Origin: Eledone cirrhosa
Lineage: Eukaryota
Reading direction: 5' to 3'
Length of the DNA stretch: 64,000 nucleotides
Assembly: GCA_964016885.1 (NCBI GenBank)
Contig: CAXHJY010000739.1
Coordinates: forward strand, 69,780-133,779
Shown here: piece after piece, positions 12,960-25,403 of the stretch
Position numbering within the stretch: the stretch's first letter is position 1
Layout of the letters: the number at the start of each line of letters is the position of its first letter
Made by a program: the position numbers and the translations under genes
Notes under the pieces: model-generated
Told to the model about the DNA's origin: nothing
What the model saw: only the letters and a program-made list of their open reading frames with translations
Databases searched by the model: none

Positions 12960-14185
12960 ATATCTGTTATACATTTGCGGTAATTCCAATTTAAACAATC
13001 AATCTGGTGTGGCACCAGAAAAGATTGCACAGGTGGGTGAGGAGATACTCCCAAACCCTCAGTTGTCGGAGTGTTATGAACTGGATCCCATTGGGAGGGA
13101 GGATTTGCCTGTTGAAGCTTAGGCTGAAAGAAAGATCTCCCTGGGTGACACAAGTTTTTGCACCAAACAGAAAGCCCGAATATAGATCTTTTCTTGATGA
13201 AGTAATGGCAGTGTTAGATGTAGTTAAGACTGAGTTATATATCCTAATGGGAGACTTCAATGCACATGTTGGCACTGACCACATGTCATGGATAGGAGTG
13301 AATGGAAGGAACAGCAATCACAATCTAAATACAAATGGCGAGGCCTTATTAGACTTATGTTCTAGTATCAGGCTCTCTATTAAGAACACCTTCCAGCACA
13401 AAGACATCCATAAATACACACGGTATAGAGATCAATAATTGATTTTATTGTCTCTGATCTCATTGTTTAAGATGGAAGTTCGTGTTAAGAGAGGCACTGG
13501 ATTGTCAACTGATCAGCACCTAGTTACCTGCAGCCTGAGACTATCAAAAGCCAAGAGAGCCCACAAAACTAGCAGGACCAGCTTGACCTACAGGATAAAG
13601 TGGAACGGTGATTACCAACATGCGTTTGATGAGTTCGCTGCAGAGTGATGTACGGCAGGATTGAAAATCATTGCTGTGAAGACCAAGACACTTGTCCTTT
13701 GATGGCAGCCCATGTAGTGCACTCTACATGCGAGTGAAGTTCCATTGAAGCAGTTAAAGTATCTAGGCGCAGTAATGCATTGGCATCCAGTTATCAGAAG
13801 GGAGGTAGGTGTAAAGGCCAAACTCACTATCTTCAATTCGGTATTACTAAAAGGATATGGTTGCAAATACAAACAGCCAGAATGGGGTTCCTTCGAAGAG
13901 TCTTTGGAGTAATGTTACTATATAGAGTGCGTAGCTCAGAGACTAGAGATGCTACTTCTCCAAATTGAGAGATCACAGCTGTTATTACAGACATATGGTA
14001 AGAATGTCTTAGGAAAGAATTGTTGGACAGATTTTACAGGCAAAACCAGCCAGCAAGAGACCTAGGGGTAAATCTCAAGCAATGAGCTTGCCTAGGGATC
14101 CAGCCAAATCAATTGGAGACAGTTGTTATTAACAAGGACCCGCTGGAAGGCAAGCTTGAAGACTCTGCCTCCATGACCTTTCTAA
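12960..14185 (+). mobile_element. RTE-like LINE relic (APE domain joined to the distal 3' part; RT core deleted)
   Basis: GGRICLLKL, QVFAP, GDFNAHVG, NGEALLDLC and STDQHLV, followed by KYLG and IQTARMGFLRRVFGV. Confidence 0.75.
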
Positions 14186-14621
14186 GAAGAACTATTATTA
14201 ATATTTGTTTTTGGGGGTGAATATGGCAACAAACCTTTTGTATGCGATAAGCTGACAAAGGCACAAGGCTTCAAATTTGGAAGTCAAATAAACAACCTCA
14301 GAATTTGTTATAAAAATATTGACAAATATTAAGAAGTGAAATCTGTTATATTTTATGAAGTATAACAGAATATAATATATTTTACAGTGTGTAACGTTTT
14401 TAGGACCATTGCTAAATACATTTATTCAAGAATGCCTTCAGGGGCCACATATCTTTTATCACAACTTTTAATCTTTGCATTGATAAGAAGCTTGGTAAAG
14501 TTTAGAAATATTTGTTATCTGTCTACATATGTAGGTTCATATGTTAAGAATATAAAACATCAGCTAATTTTTTATGCATACACACCTGTGTATATAAATC
14601 TACATATATGTTACGAGTGAA

Positions 14622-14905
14622 GGCGCATAGCTTAGTGGTTAGAGCAGTAGGCTTGCAATCAAAAGGTTGTGAGTTAAATTCTCGGACTGAGTGATGTGTT
14701 GTTTCCTTGAGCAAGACACTTTATTTCATGTTGCTCCAGTTTACTCAGCTGAAAATGAGTACCAGCAATAGCTGGAGGTTTAACCCTGCGATGGACTGGC
14801 GTCCTGTCCAGGGGGGGAGTTTTGTACTCTCAGTTGCTTCACGCCATGAAACCGGGATAACACTGGCCAAATGAGCCTTCTGGCTTAAGACAGACTTTAG
14901 ACTTA
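14622..14905 (+). mobile_element. tRNA-derived CORE-type SINE with a V-domain-like segment
   Basis: GGCGCATAGCTTAGTGGTTAGAGC head, TTGAGCAAGACACTTTATTTCA core, then AACCCTGCGATGGACTGGCGTCCTGTCCAGGG. Confidence 0.8.
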
Positions 14906-15237
14906 CGGCCTGCCCACCCAGCCAGTTGAATGGCATCATCATATGGATAAATATCATGTGCTAAATATCAACAGGTATTTAAAATAGCTGAACTATTAAC
15001 ATACATAGATGCAGGTGTGTGTACTTTATACATACATATATTAATCTAAATCATTTGCTGAACAATACACACATATATATATATATTTGACTCTACAAAT
15101 ACTATGAGCCTTTCATTCAAAGCATGTTTAATGAATTTATTACACAATTTTTATAAAACAAGCAAATATATATATATATATTTAAACAATGTATGAAACT
15201 GAATTTTCGGCTTGTGAAGCACTAAGAATATATGTAT

Positions 15238-15440
15238 GTGCATGGCTTAGTGGTTAGAGCATTGGCCTTGCAATTGACAGGTTGTGAGTTCGATTCTCGA
15301 ACAGGGTGATGCGTTGTGTCCTTGAGCAAGACACTTTATTTCACATTGCTCCAGTTTACTCAGCTGTAGAAATGAGTTGCAATGTCACTGGTGCCAAGCT
15401 GTATCGATCATTGCCTTTCCCTTGGACAATATCGGTGGAG
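15238..15440 (+). mobile_element. tRNA-derived CORE-type SINE (different tail)
   Basis: TGGCTTAGTGGTTAGAGC..GAGTTCGATTC..TGTGTCCTTGAGCAAGACACTTTATTTCAC. Confidence 0.8.
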
Positions 15441-18034
15441 AGTTTGGCATTAATATAATGAAATGAAGTTTACAGTTCACACATATGTAGGTTCAGCTGT
15501 TCTTCACAGAGGCTGTATCTCATAGGAGCCCCAGTCCTATCATGAAAAGCAACATTATGATTGTGAGTCCACAAACCTAACAACTAGGCCACATAATATA
15601 TATATCAAATTAAAAAATGGAGTTAAAGACTCACATTTACATATAGTGAAATGGTTGGCATAAAGCTATATGAAATATGCCAGAATGGAACATTTGAGTG
15701 ACATAATCTGACCTGCCTAGTGCTAAGAAAATGACAACCTGTTAAACTCATGCAAACATGGAAAATAGACGTAAAACTACGATAACACATGCACACATAA
15801 AGGTTTGTGAGCACATGCATGTACACGTACGTAGAAGAAATCTGATACATTTATGGAAAAGAGCATCGAATGAAGGTTTTATTGAACAAAGGAGGCTGTG
15901 AGATTGGGGTAGGGACAGGGCTGGGTGTGGTAGAGATTTTGATAAAATTCCAAGGGAGTTCACAAATCACAGTTGTTTTTTTTTTCTTTTTCCCTTCTTC
16001 TGTGGAGGGGGTCAATAGAGAGGGTGAAAAGGGAGAACAGGTAAGTACAGCTGATGCCCAATGAAACACATCATTGTTACTAGCATAGTTATATGTTGTC
16101 TACTGGTGTATTACAACAACAACAGTAATAATAAAAATAATTCATAATAATAATAATTAAAAATGATAATTAAAAATAAATAGTTTTAAAAAAATTATCA
16201 AACATGATATTAATTGAAAAGTTAACAAGTAACATCATACATACACACACGCACACACATATATACACACATTTATAGTTATACAGAAATATATATACAC
16301 ACACACACATAAATATTGTGTCATCTCATATATAATGCAGTTTTTTTCAACTGCATGCAATAAAAATAAGAGGGGGTGGGGGTAAACACCTGCATAAACT
16401 TTCGATAAAATCAGGTATTAACTTCACCTTGTCCACATTCTTTGAAAAGTGCAGTTTATCTTAATTTTTAAAAATAAAATAAATAAAAAAAAAAAAGCAT
16501 TATTTATGGGATGTCCCAATATATACATACACATACAATTGTGTGTGTAATTATATATATACAATAAAATTAAAATCTAAAAAAAACTAAAACAAAAAAA
16601 AACAGGATAAACACTAAAAAATAAAAACATACAAACAACAACAAATACACCAATTAAAGACAATCGCAGTGAATAGATAAAAAATAATTGGAAATAAGAC
16701 AAAAATAATATAAACTAATCAAGATGTACATTAAAAGATGAAGGAGTCTGTTTAAATATTAGAATGTAGGAAGTGAACCCACGAACTGGTTGTTAACAGG
16801 AGAATGCATTCAAATCAGCAATTATCGGTTCATTATTATTATATTTTTCATTGGTTTGTCTCTCCATATCTTTAAGTCTCAATATCATGTATGTATGTTT
16901 TTGTGTGTGTGTGTATATATATATATATATGTATAATATATATATATATATTATATATACATATAAAAAAGCCACATGTACACACACATACATGATACAC
17001 ACATAATGAACAAAAAACAAAAATAAAACAAAGTAGAATAAGATACTATATGTATACATATATATATTATATATGTATACATATATATAATATATATATA
17101 TATACACACACACATGAATCACTCAATTTGATATTGTATAACTTAATGTTTATCTTCTTCACAAACGTGTATGTGCATGATTTAAACATAAGGCCATATG
17201 ACAAGTGAAATTACACATACACACATATGAGTGTGTGTATATATATATATACAGTATCTGATATAAGTTTTCCTACAATAACAACAGTAAAATAATTAAT
17301 GATTTTAATAGTAATAACCAATCAAATTTACTGTATATTTTTCGTTACTCATGCAGTCCTCGACTACATTATCCAATGCAACCTTCCTCTCTTGAGGAAG
17401 CTTTAGCCGTTGTTTCTAGCAGGTCAAATGGCTACATAGTCTCCCTCATTGTTGACATCTCAGGTAAGCCATACCAAAGCTGTGGCTATACCATTATATT
17501 TTTGTCTGTACTTAACAAGTACAAGGCTTGATGGTGGTAAGAAGGAGCACATTTTGAACATTAGATTGGTATACAGCAAATTTGGATGCGTTTATTTAAT
17601 AAAAATTATACAGTATAATAATAATTTCCCAGGTCAGTTTTTGGTAGCATGTTATCATATGTTAACAACTTATAGTACACTGCATATATGTGTGTGAGTG
17701 TGTGTATATATATACACACACACACACACACTTATATATATACACACACACACACACACTCACATATATATATATTTACATGAAACTCTGAGGAAGGCCA
17801 AGGTGTTTGACAACGAGGAGAGCGCAAAGTGTTATTAGATTGGAGGGAAGACACATCCATAGATGTGTATACATATTAGATTGTGTAGTAAGCAATTTTG
17901 TTATTGAAGTCATCATCATCATCATCATCATTAATGTAACCCATACCAAGTGCACAATGCATCTTATTAGAACTCACATAAGCTTATTTATCTGGCTTTC
18001 ATTGTCTTCTACAGAACATCTCATCAGGGGGTGT

Positions 18035-18215
18035 TGCTGTTTACTCTATGTGATTGTGTATGTGTTGCTGTATATGTAATAGTGTGCACGTCTTGCAGTT
18101 TATTCTACATGTGATAGTGTGTACATCTTGCAGCTTACTCGATATGTACTAGCTGTGCATGTGTTGCAGTTTACTGTATATGTGATAGTGTGTGTTGTGG
18201 TTTACTCTATGTGTT
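18035..18215. repeat. Degenerate ~35-bp minisatellite, about 5 copies
   Basis: Recurring unit close to GTGTGCACGTCTTGCAGTTTATTCTACATGTGATA. Confidence 0.65.
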
Positions 18216-19805
18216 TGTTTGTATTGTAGTTGCATCACTCCAGGTTACTCAGATCCAGTCAACCATGTTTCCAACAGGCAGTGGTGAATTTTATGGAATG
18301 CAATATGACAGTTTCAAAATGTTGCATTCACTCCAATGTGCAGTGGATTTCTGTATGCTAGTTGATTCTGCCAGAGGTAGGCAAGATGGACTGAGACAGA
18401 GTACAACAGTTGCTGTTCCTCCTGCACCAAAAATTGGTGTTGTGCAACCCAATACAGTGAATGAAGGCTAATGGAGGTTATTGATGCTGTAATAACTATT
18501 TGTGTGGATTTATCTGACCTGTGTAGGAGAGACAGTGTCTTTAGGATGTTGTAGTAATGTTTTTGGGTGTTGAAGACGTGTCTAGGTGTTTGGAGGTGGG
18601 TTCCCATGTGATGTCCTAGACTAGTCTGGGTCCTCACATGTCCAGTTTATATGGTGTGCCTATGTGTGTGAATGGTGGAATGTGGGCGCTGGGAGGTGAA
18701 TGCAAAGAAGTTTACCAACAGTTCATGTGTATGTATGTTGGAGGGTGTGCATAGTGTAAAACAAATAGAGGAAGGTGGACAAGGTAGAACCTATATTGTG
18801 TGGGAGCAAAAGGAGGAAGGGCATTTAAGAGCAGAAAGAGGTCAGTGGGAGTGATGACAGAGCTTAGAAGAGGGCTAAACAGAAGCGTAGTGGGTCGGAT
18901 GGAGCAGATAATCGCCATAAAGAGTAGACTGAAAATATACAGGAAGATGGAAACACAAGAATGGAAGGAAGCTATAAAGGTCTTAGGTTCTAACCTTACA
19001 TGTTGCTGTAAATAGTTATTTCTCCAAAGTTACTCATACATTTAATCCTAATTGTCATTTGTACATATATGCTAAACATTAATGTAATTATATCCTAGAA
19101 ATAAAATATTGAAGTATAATTTTTATCTTTAATCATTTCCATGTGTCAGCAATCAACATACACTATAGAGTTTTTCTTATGTAAACTATAAATTTATCAA
19201 AATGAAAATTTCCAAGTTTGTATGATTGCTCATATAACTAGCAATCCTGGTATATATGGCAAACCTATACCAGGCTTATAAAAAGTGTGTTATCTGGACC
19301 CACAATGACATATCTGCAGAGAACAGTATGGATACTGCATCTGCTTTGCCATTTTACTTCTTTTTACATCCTGGTGAATGGTTGGGATGGTTAAGCCTGA
19401 TCAAAGCTTATAATAATTCCAAGTTAGATGCAAAATGCAGGGTTCCAAACTAGTTAGTAACAGGTTCCCAAAACTGGTAACAGGCCCAGGCCAGAGATGT
19501 AAAATGTAGGCGTCATTTCAAACTGCTCTATTTATGTATGAGTTTATAAACATATACTAGCCTACTTAGCCTCTTCCTACATTTTGGCATGGATATATTA
19601 AGAAAATTATTGAACAGGAGATGAGATAACAGCAGAGTTGCTACAGCTCTTTTAACTATTTTCAGACATAATAAAATAAACACTTTTATCTCATAGAACC
19701 AGGAGCTGTTTGGTATCAAAAGGTCAAAGATATCAAACACATTGCAATAATGGATACATATTACTATAGATTTTCACATCATTTTAAGATCAACACTATA
19801 ACGTT

Positions 19806-19965
19806 GATACATTTTGGCTTGTGTCCTCATATGGTTGTTATAGCCACAATGTTACAGCCATTATATCTGCTGGATATGACATGCACCTGAAGAAAGTTGG
19901 AAGATATAACAACAAAAACGTTGGGATTATAACAACCAAAGTGAGGACTCTAGATCAACTGTATC
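19806..19965. mobile_element. Decayed inverted repeat enclosing a degenerate hammerhead core (old Penelope-like pLTR inversion)
   Basis: GTCCTCATATGGTTGTTATAGCCACAATGTT is an imperfect reverse complement of AACGTTGGGATTATAACAACCAAAGTGAGGAC. CTGAAGA lies at 19887-19893 between the arms. Confidence 0.5.
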
Positions 19966-20029
19966 AGAAATCCAGGTAAAATTTCGAGATCGAGTCCTAT
20001 TTCTTTTTTGTATTATTTAGTGAAACAAT

Positions 20030-20300
20030 GGCAGTGGATGAAAGAATCAGCAGAGACAAATACAATTTGGTTAGGTCCTTTAACATCATGAGTTCAAACC
20101 CTTTAGGGTTCAACTCTTGCCTTTCATTCTTCTTGGGGTTGATAAAATGAAAATACTAGTTAAGTAGCATGCTGCCATGACCAACTATACAATTCTACTT
20201 CTCTATATATTAGAAATCATTATTTAGTTCAATGGTGCAATGGATGGGCAGAATCGGCCCCTCCCTCTCAATTACTGGGTTTAACCCTAAAGTAGAAATC
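20030..20300 (+). mobile_element. Diverged tRNA-derived SINE
   Basis: GAGTTCAAACC..TTGCCTTTCATTCTTCTTGGGGTTGATAAAATG body and CCTAAAGTAGAAA end. Confidence 0.65.
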
Positions 20301-21725
20301 CTTACTTTATTCAATGCAAAAAAAAAAAAAAAAAAAAAAGGGAATAGGTGAGTGAATGCATCATCTGATGGCCTCTGCGAACCCTCATAAAATGATGATG
20401 TTAATGCATTAATGTTTAGCTTGAATTCTAGTATATCAGTGTATAAAGGGAAAATACTGACCTAAGGGGTTCTTGGAAGAGAGAAAGGATTGGGTTGAGT
20501 GATCATAGTGGTCATTGTTGGGTCTGAAACTAGAAATAAGTTTTCTTTTAACTGCTTTGCAGAAGCTGGAAGGGTGGGGGGCAGTACCATGACTCTTTCT
20601 TTCTAGGGTCTCTAAGACTGGTTGGTGGGAGGGAGGAAAGTACTTCCAAACCAAAGACCTGGTCCAAATGCTTGCCATAGAGTGGACTTCACTAAAAACA
20701 CCTAAGGGCCAAGTGGTCATCTTAAACTGGGCAATTGATTACATCTAATGAGAAGAGGGGACAACAAACATTTATTGCAATTTCAGAATATTTTAATTGT
20801 GTAAACTTTATAAATTATTGAAGTACTGAGATTGCTGGAATTTTAAAAATGCGCGAGTCCCAAACACAGATAAAAACTGTAATAACAGTTGATCACTATA
20901 AATAGCTGAATGCTCACCTTTTGAAGGTATGTGAGTGTAAGTGGTCAATAAAAACTAACAGTAATACTTCTGGAACTATTACCAGAAGTAATATTACTAA
21001 TGATATTAAATTGAGCACTAAGCAGCTGAAATATACTATAAATATACATAGCTGTTTAGAAATAGTGCTAAATTTAACAGAAGCTGTGTAAATATATAAG
21101 TAAATGAGTGTCTATTTTACATATTTCTCTGTTAACCCCCCCACCCACCAAAAGCGAATGGTTTGACTCGAATTTGAAGTCTAGATGGATTCACTATCAG
21201 AGATTGTGTACATCCATCTGTCCACAGAGAAACACACAAATAAATAACCTTATAAGTCCACCAAATATGGTTGTATCCGCCAACAGGGATATACTTATGT
21301 CACACACATGGCCATCAAATCTTGTCTTGCAGAAACAGACCATCAGTTTTAGTGATCATACTTTTAGGGACAGTATATGATTTGTTAGCTACAGACACAG
21401 TTAATTTCTAACTGAAATATGAAGTCTTTGTAAGTAAAAAGTTTTAACTTTCTAAATCCAACCAATCCAAAGGGAGTAGTGTCAACTACACATAAATAAC
21501 ATGTGATAAAGAAAGGTGGAGAAGGTTACATATATCCTACAATCAGGTTTCAGTCAGTTAGGCTTTTTTGTGTGCTTCCTCAATAAACCTAGTGTATAAC
21601 ATTGTAAACAACACACAACTAGCACATGGCATTGTGCAAGGTTTTATTCTTAATTAGTCAAAGAGGAAGGGGTAACAAGCATAATTGCAGACACATTCAA
21701 ACAGATGAGGTCATGAACCTGTACA

Positions 21726-21841
21726 AGTTGGGTTTTTTTTTAGGGGCCCAGTAGATTGGAGTAGTGGGGAGAAAGTATTGGGCAGTTGGGGGTTTTTTAG
21801 GGGACCAGTAGATTGGAGTAGTGGGGAGAAAGTATTGGGCC
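21726..21841. repeat. ~58-bp tandem duplication
   Basis: AGTTGGG..TAGGGG.CCCAGTAGATTGGAGTAGTGGGGAGAAAGTATTGGGC occurs twice in tandem. Confidence 0.85.
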
Positions 21842-22374
21842 TAGATTTTAGTGCATGGTTTGGTAATAGAGGAAATGGGAATTTGTAGGATCAGAGAGAA
21901 TATAGTTGGGAGTGTGCACTAAACGTTTGGGAATTTGTAGTAGCATTATGGGGCACAAAGCAGAATTTAAAGCTTAAGCTTAAATTTTACTGATCTCAAT
22001 TCCTGAGAAGTCAGAGTTCAAATGTGAATGTTCAACCTCTATATCATATTTTGCATTTTCTGTTGGTAAAAAACTTCATAATACTGTAGTTGTTATGTAT
22101 GTATATGTGTGTGCGTATATTTATATATATATATGTGCCTATACCAATGAGTGAATATGAATGTGTGCCAGTGCGCATACATATAATTATATATTTTCAT
22201 ATACCCACACACACATATATATATATATATACACATACACATATGGTAAGCTGCAACTAAACGCGAGGCAAACATCTAATCTATCAACACAATTCAACAA
22301 TTCCGACTATAACTGCCAGAATTCTTCATGTCAGGATTGCTAGAACCTTCCACCAGTCTGTATCAGTGAACAGT

Positions 22375-24666
22375 TCAGATGGAAGGTTTGTGTTTATCAA
22401 CCCCACTAGAGCCAACACTGTTGCCACTTGCACCTCTCTTGCTCTGCTTCGGCACAACATTGCAGGAGAATGCACTCTGTGTGTTTGAGCTGTTGTTAGG
22501 CCCCCACCCTGGTGAACCCCACTGGGATGACATCGGGAAACCCCTTGGCCAGCTACCGTAGTTACCACCCCACGACTGCATCATCTGGTGGTGTGTGTAT
22601 GACGAAGGGATCGAGAGCGGTTGCAGTCGTAAGGCTGCAGCAGCTGCAGCAGATGTATGGTGCGGGGAGATGGAATGGGGAGGGTGTGGGGACTGAGTGG
22701 GAGGTTGAAAACTCCTGTTGTGTGAGTGCGACTCATCTGCTGAGGTATTGTGTTGGTGCTGAGATGAATGAGGGAGGGGTTGATGTGGGGAGTGTGGTGA
22801 TGGAGAAGACGACGGTGTATGCTGTTGTTGCTGGTGATGAGGTGAGGGTGAGTGATGAGAGTGGTGCAAGGGGGGAGAGGTGGCTGTCTGAGGTGGATGG
22901 ATGCTAACTCTGGCTGAAGATTTTCCCTTCCCTGAGAGAGGAGCTTGCTGACACAGTCCACTTGTGGAAGCAGACCCAGTGCTATCAGGAGTATTAGAAC
23001 CACTACCTCCATTAGTATTGTTATTATTATTGTTGTTGTTGTTGTCATTAGTGTTGTTGGGTGTATTAGTTGTGTTGTTAGGAATTTGTTTGTTTTGGCT
23101 CAATGCTTTAGCACTAGCGGCCTGAGCACAGGCATGGCTTTGTAGGTTGGCTCTTTGAGCAAACCCCTTTTTACAAATGTCACACGTATAAGGTTTTTGA
23201 ATGAGTGGCGGTGGCACTACAGGTATCCGAATACATTCATGATGATTTAAGTTAGACCTCTGACTAAATGACTTCTTGCACACACCACACGTATATGGCT
23301 TAATGCCAGTGTGTGTGCGCTCATGGATAGTAAGGTTAGCTTTTTGAGGAAATGTTTTTTCACAGTAAGAGCATTGATAGGGCTTCAGCCCTGTATGAGT
23401 GCGCTCATGTATATCCAAGTTAGCTCGCTGAGAGAATGACTTGTCACACACAGAACATCTATACGGCTTCAGGCCTGTGTGTACACGTTCGTGAATGTTT
23501 AAATTTGCACGCTGGCTGAAACCTTTCAGACATATTGCACATGTGAATGGCTTTTCTCCTGTATGAGTGCGCTCGTGTATGTCCAGATTTGCTCGCTGTG
23601 GAAATGCCTTACGGCAGTATGAACACTGAAACGGTTTCTCACCAGAGTGCGTGCGTTCATGTATGTCCAAGTTAGCACGTTGGCTGAATGACTTGGTACA
23701 TACTGAACATGCGAACGGTTTCTCCCCAGTATGTATACGTTCATGGATGTGGAGGTTTGCCCGGAGAGAAAACGCCTTGTCGCAGACAGAGCACTTATAA
23801 GGTTTAACACCTGTGTGGACACGTTCATGAATATTCAAATTAGCTCGTTGGCTAAAACTTTTTTTGCAAATACCACAGACGAACGGCTTTTCTCCAGTGT
23901 GTGTACGTTCGTGGATATTCAGATTGGCTCTCTGAGGAAATGATTTGGGACAGAATGAACACTGAAACGGCTTTATCCCCGTATGTGTGCGTTCGTGGAT
24001 ATCCAGATTTGCACGCTGGCTGAAGCTTTTTTGGCAAAAACTGCAGCTAAATGGTTTCTCTCCAGTGTGGGTTCTTTCGTGAATCTTCATGTTTGCCTTC
24101 AGAGAAAATGATTTTGGACAATAGCTACATTTGAATGGTTTCTCTCCGGTGTGAGACCTTTCATGTATGTGTAGATTAGCACGCTGCGCAAATGCTTTCC
24201 TACAGAATGTACAGTTGAAGGTCTTCTCCGTTGTGCTGGCTGAAATAGTCCCAGAACCTCGGCCACGACCCCTCCCTCCACCTCGACCCACCCCCTGGTT
24301 AGGGTGGGAGTTCATATGGGGTAAGAGGTGGGAGTGGCCGAGTGAGTGAGAATTGGAATGAATCGCATCTGCATTGGGTACATTGAGGCAGTTCTTGAAG
24401 TTGCTGCCATTTTTGCCAGATTCCGGAAACGGCTTCCAGCACATACTGCCGTTGTCGGGCAACACCTGCTTGTGGTCAGTTGAATGCTGAGAGTGTGGCG
24501 ACATTGGGCCCTGAGGTGTTGTTGAGGTAGGGGGATGTGTTGAAGGTGCTGATCCATTGTCATTGCAGCCATTCAAGTGATGATGGTCAATCTGAGAGAA
24601 TCCTCGGTTGCAGATATCATAGTCGAAAGGTCTATCCACTGGGTACATGGACTGTACCGGGTACAT
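22375..24666 (-). CDS. C2H2 zinc-finger protein, 763 aa: 11 tandem C2H2 fingers plus 2 C2HC-type fingers, RGG motif, Asn/His/Pro-rich C-terminus; single coding exon
   Basis: Uninterrupted ORF with CxxC..F.....L..H...H repeats and TGEKP-type linkers. GRGGGRGRGRG lies upstream of the fingers. Confidence 0.95.
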   Translation of the reverse strand: MYPVQSMYPVDRPFDYDICNRGFSQIDHHHLNGCNDNGSAPSTHPPTSTTPQGPMSPHSQHSTDHKQVLPDNGSMCWKPFPESGKNGSNFKNCLNVPNADAIHSNSHSLGHSHLLPHMNSHPNQGVGRGGGRGRGRGSGTISASTTEKTFNCTFCRKAFAQRANLHIHERSHTGEKPFKCSYCPKSFSLKANMKIHERTHTGEKPFSCSFCQKSFSQRANLDIHERTHTGIKPFQCSFCPKSFPQRANLNIHERTHTGEKPFVCGICKKSFSQRANLNIHERVHTGVKPYKCSVCDKAFSLRANLHIHERIHTGEKPFACSVCTKSFSQRANLDIHERTHSGEKPFQCSYCRKAFPQRANLDIHERTHTGEKPFTCAICLKGFSQRANLNIHERVHTGLKPYRCSVCDKSFSQRANLDIHERTHTGLKPYQCSYCEKTFPQKANLTIHERTHTGIKPYTCGVCKKSFSQRSNLNHHECIRIPVVPPPLIQKPYTCDICKKGFAQRANLQSHACAQAASAKALSQNKQIPNNTTNTPNNTNDNNNNNNNNNTNGGSGSNTPDSTGSASTSGLCQQAPLSGKGKSSARVSIHPPQTATSPPLHHSHHSPSPHHQQQQHTPSSSPSPHSPHQPLPHSSQHQHNTSADESHSHNRSFQPPTQSPHPPHSISPHHTSAAAAAALRLQPLSIPSSYTHHQMMQSWGGNYGSWPRGFPMSSQWGSPGWGPNNSSNTQSAFSCNVVPKQSKRGASGNSVGSSGVDKHKPSI

Positions 24667-24836
24667 TTTTGCCCTTCAAGTAACAGAAAAAGGAGAGAAC
24701 ATTTAGGCTACATCTAATCCATTTGGATCACAGATCTTCCATAGAGTGAAGGATTATCTTAAATCCCCTCCCTCAAACTCTATTCAGCAGTAACTCACAG
24801 ATTATTGTGTTCTTTGGTGTTCTTTCCTCACGTCTT

Positions 24837-24860
24837 CTGCAAAACAAAAAAGAATAAATA
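24837..24860 (-). promoter_or_regulatory. Putative splice acceptor for the zinc-finger coding exon (exon starts 24836)
   Basis: Minus strand reads a pyrimidine tract ending TTTTGTTTTGCAG|AAGACG, 170 nt upstream of the ATG. Confidence 0.65.
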
Positions 24861-24919
24861 AATAAATATATAAACCATGAATATGAGAAAACAGTTAGGA
24901 AATAAACAAATAATCCATT

Positions 24920-25090
24920 CCTTCTAACATTGGTACAAGGTCAGCAATTTGGCAAAAGAGGGAAGTTGACCCCAATACTTAACCAGTACTTTATTTTATT
25001 GACCCAAGAAGGATGAAAAACAAAGCTGTAATTAAGTACCACAAAGCATTTTGTCCAAATGCTCTACTGATACTGCTAATTCACCCCCTT
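24920..25090 (-). mobile_element. Diverged tRNA-derived SINE
   Basis: GTACTTTATTTTATTGACCCAAGAAGGATGAAA matches the 2316-2498 family. Confidence 0.65.
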
Positions 25091-25403
25091 CAAAGAAACA
25101 AATAATAATAATAATATGCCATACAGCACCACAACTTACATAACACATTCTACACAAGTGTTACTCAATAATATAATAAAATCCACAAACCAAAGAAATA
25201 GCCTCTATATATAGTCACTTGACCTGCTAGAAATAACAGACAAACACTCTCAAATCATACTAAAATCTTGAAAAATAATTGATACATTATATACTATAAG
25301 TCTTCATATACAGTAGTTAAATTGGAACACCTATGATTATAAGCTTGCCCAATCAGGGCTGAATGGGGCTTAGGCAAAAATAAACAACAACCCACACAGC
25401 ATA

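Noticed and set aside
18190-18660. GC-richer patch with ~100-aa ORFs on both strands
   Set aside because: No recognisable motif; probably old repeat debris.
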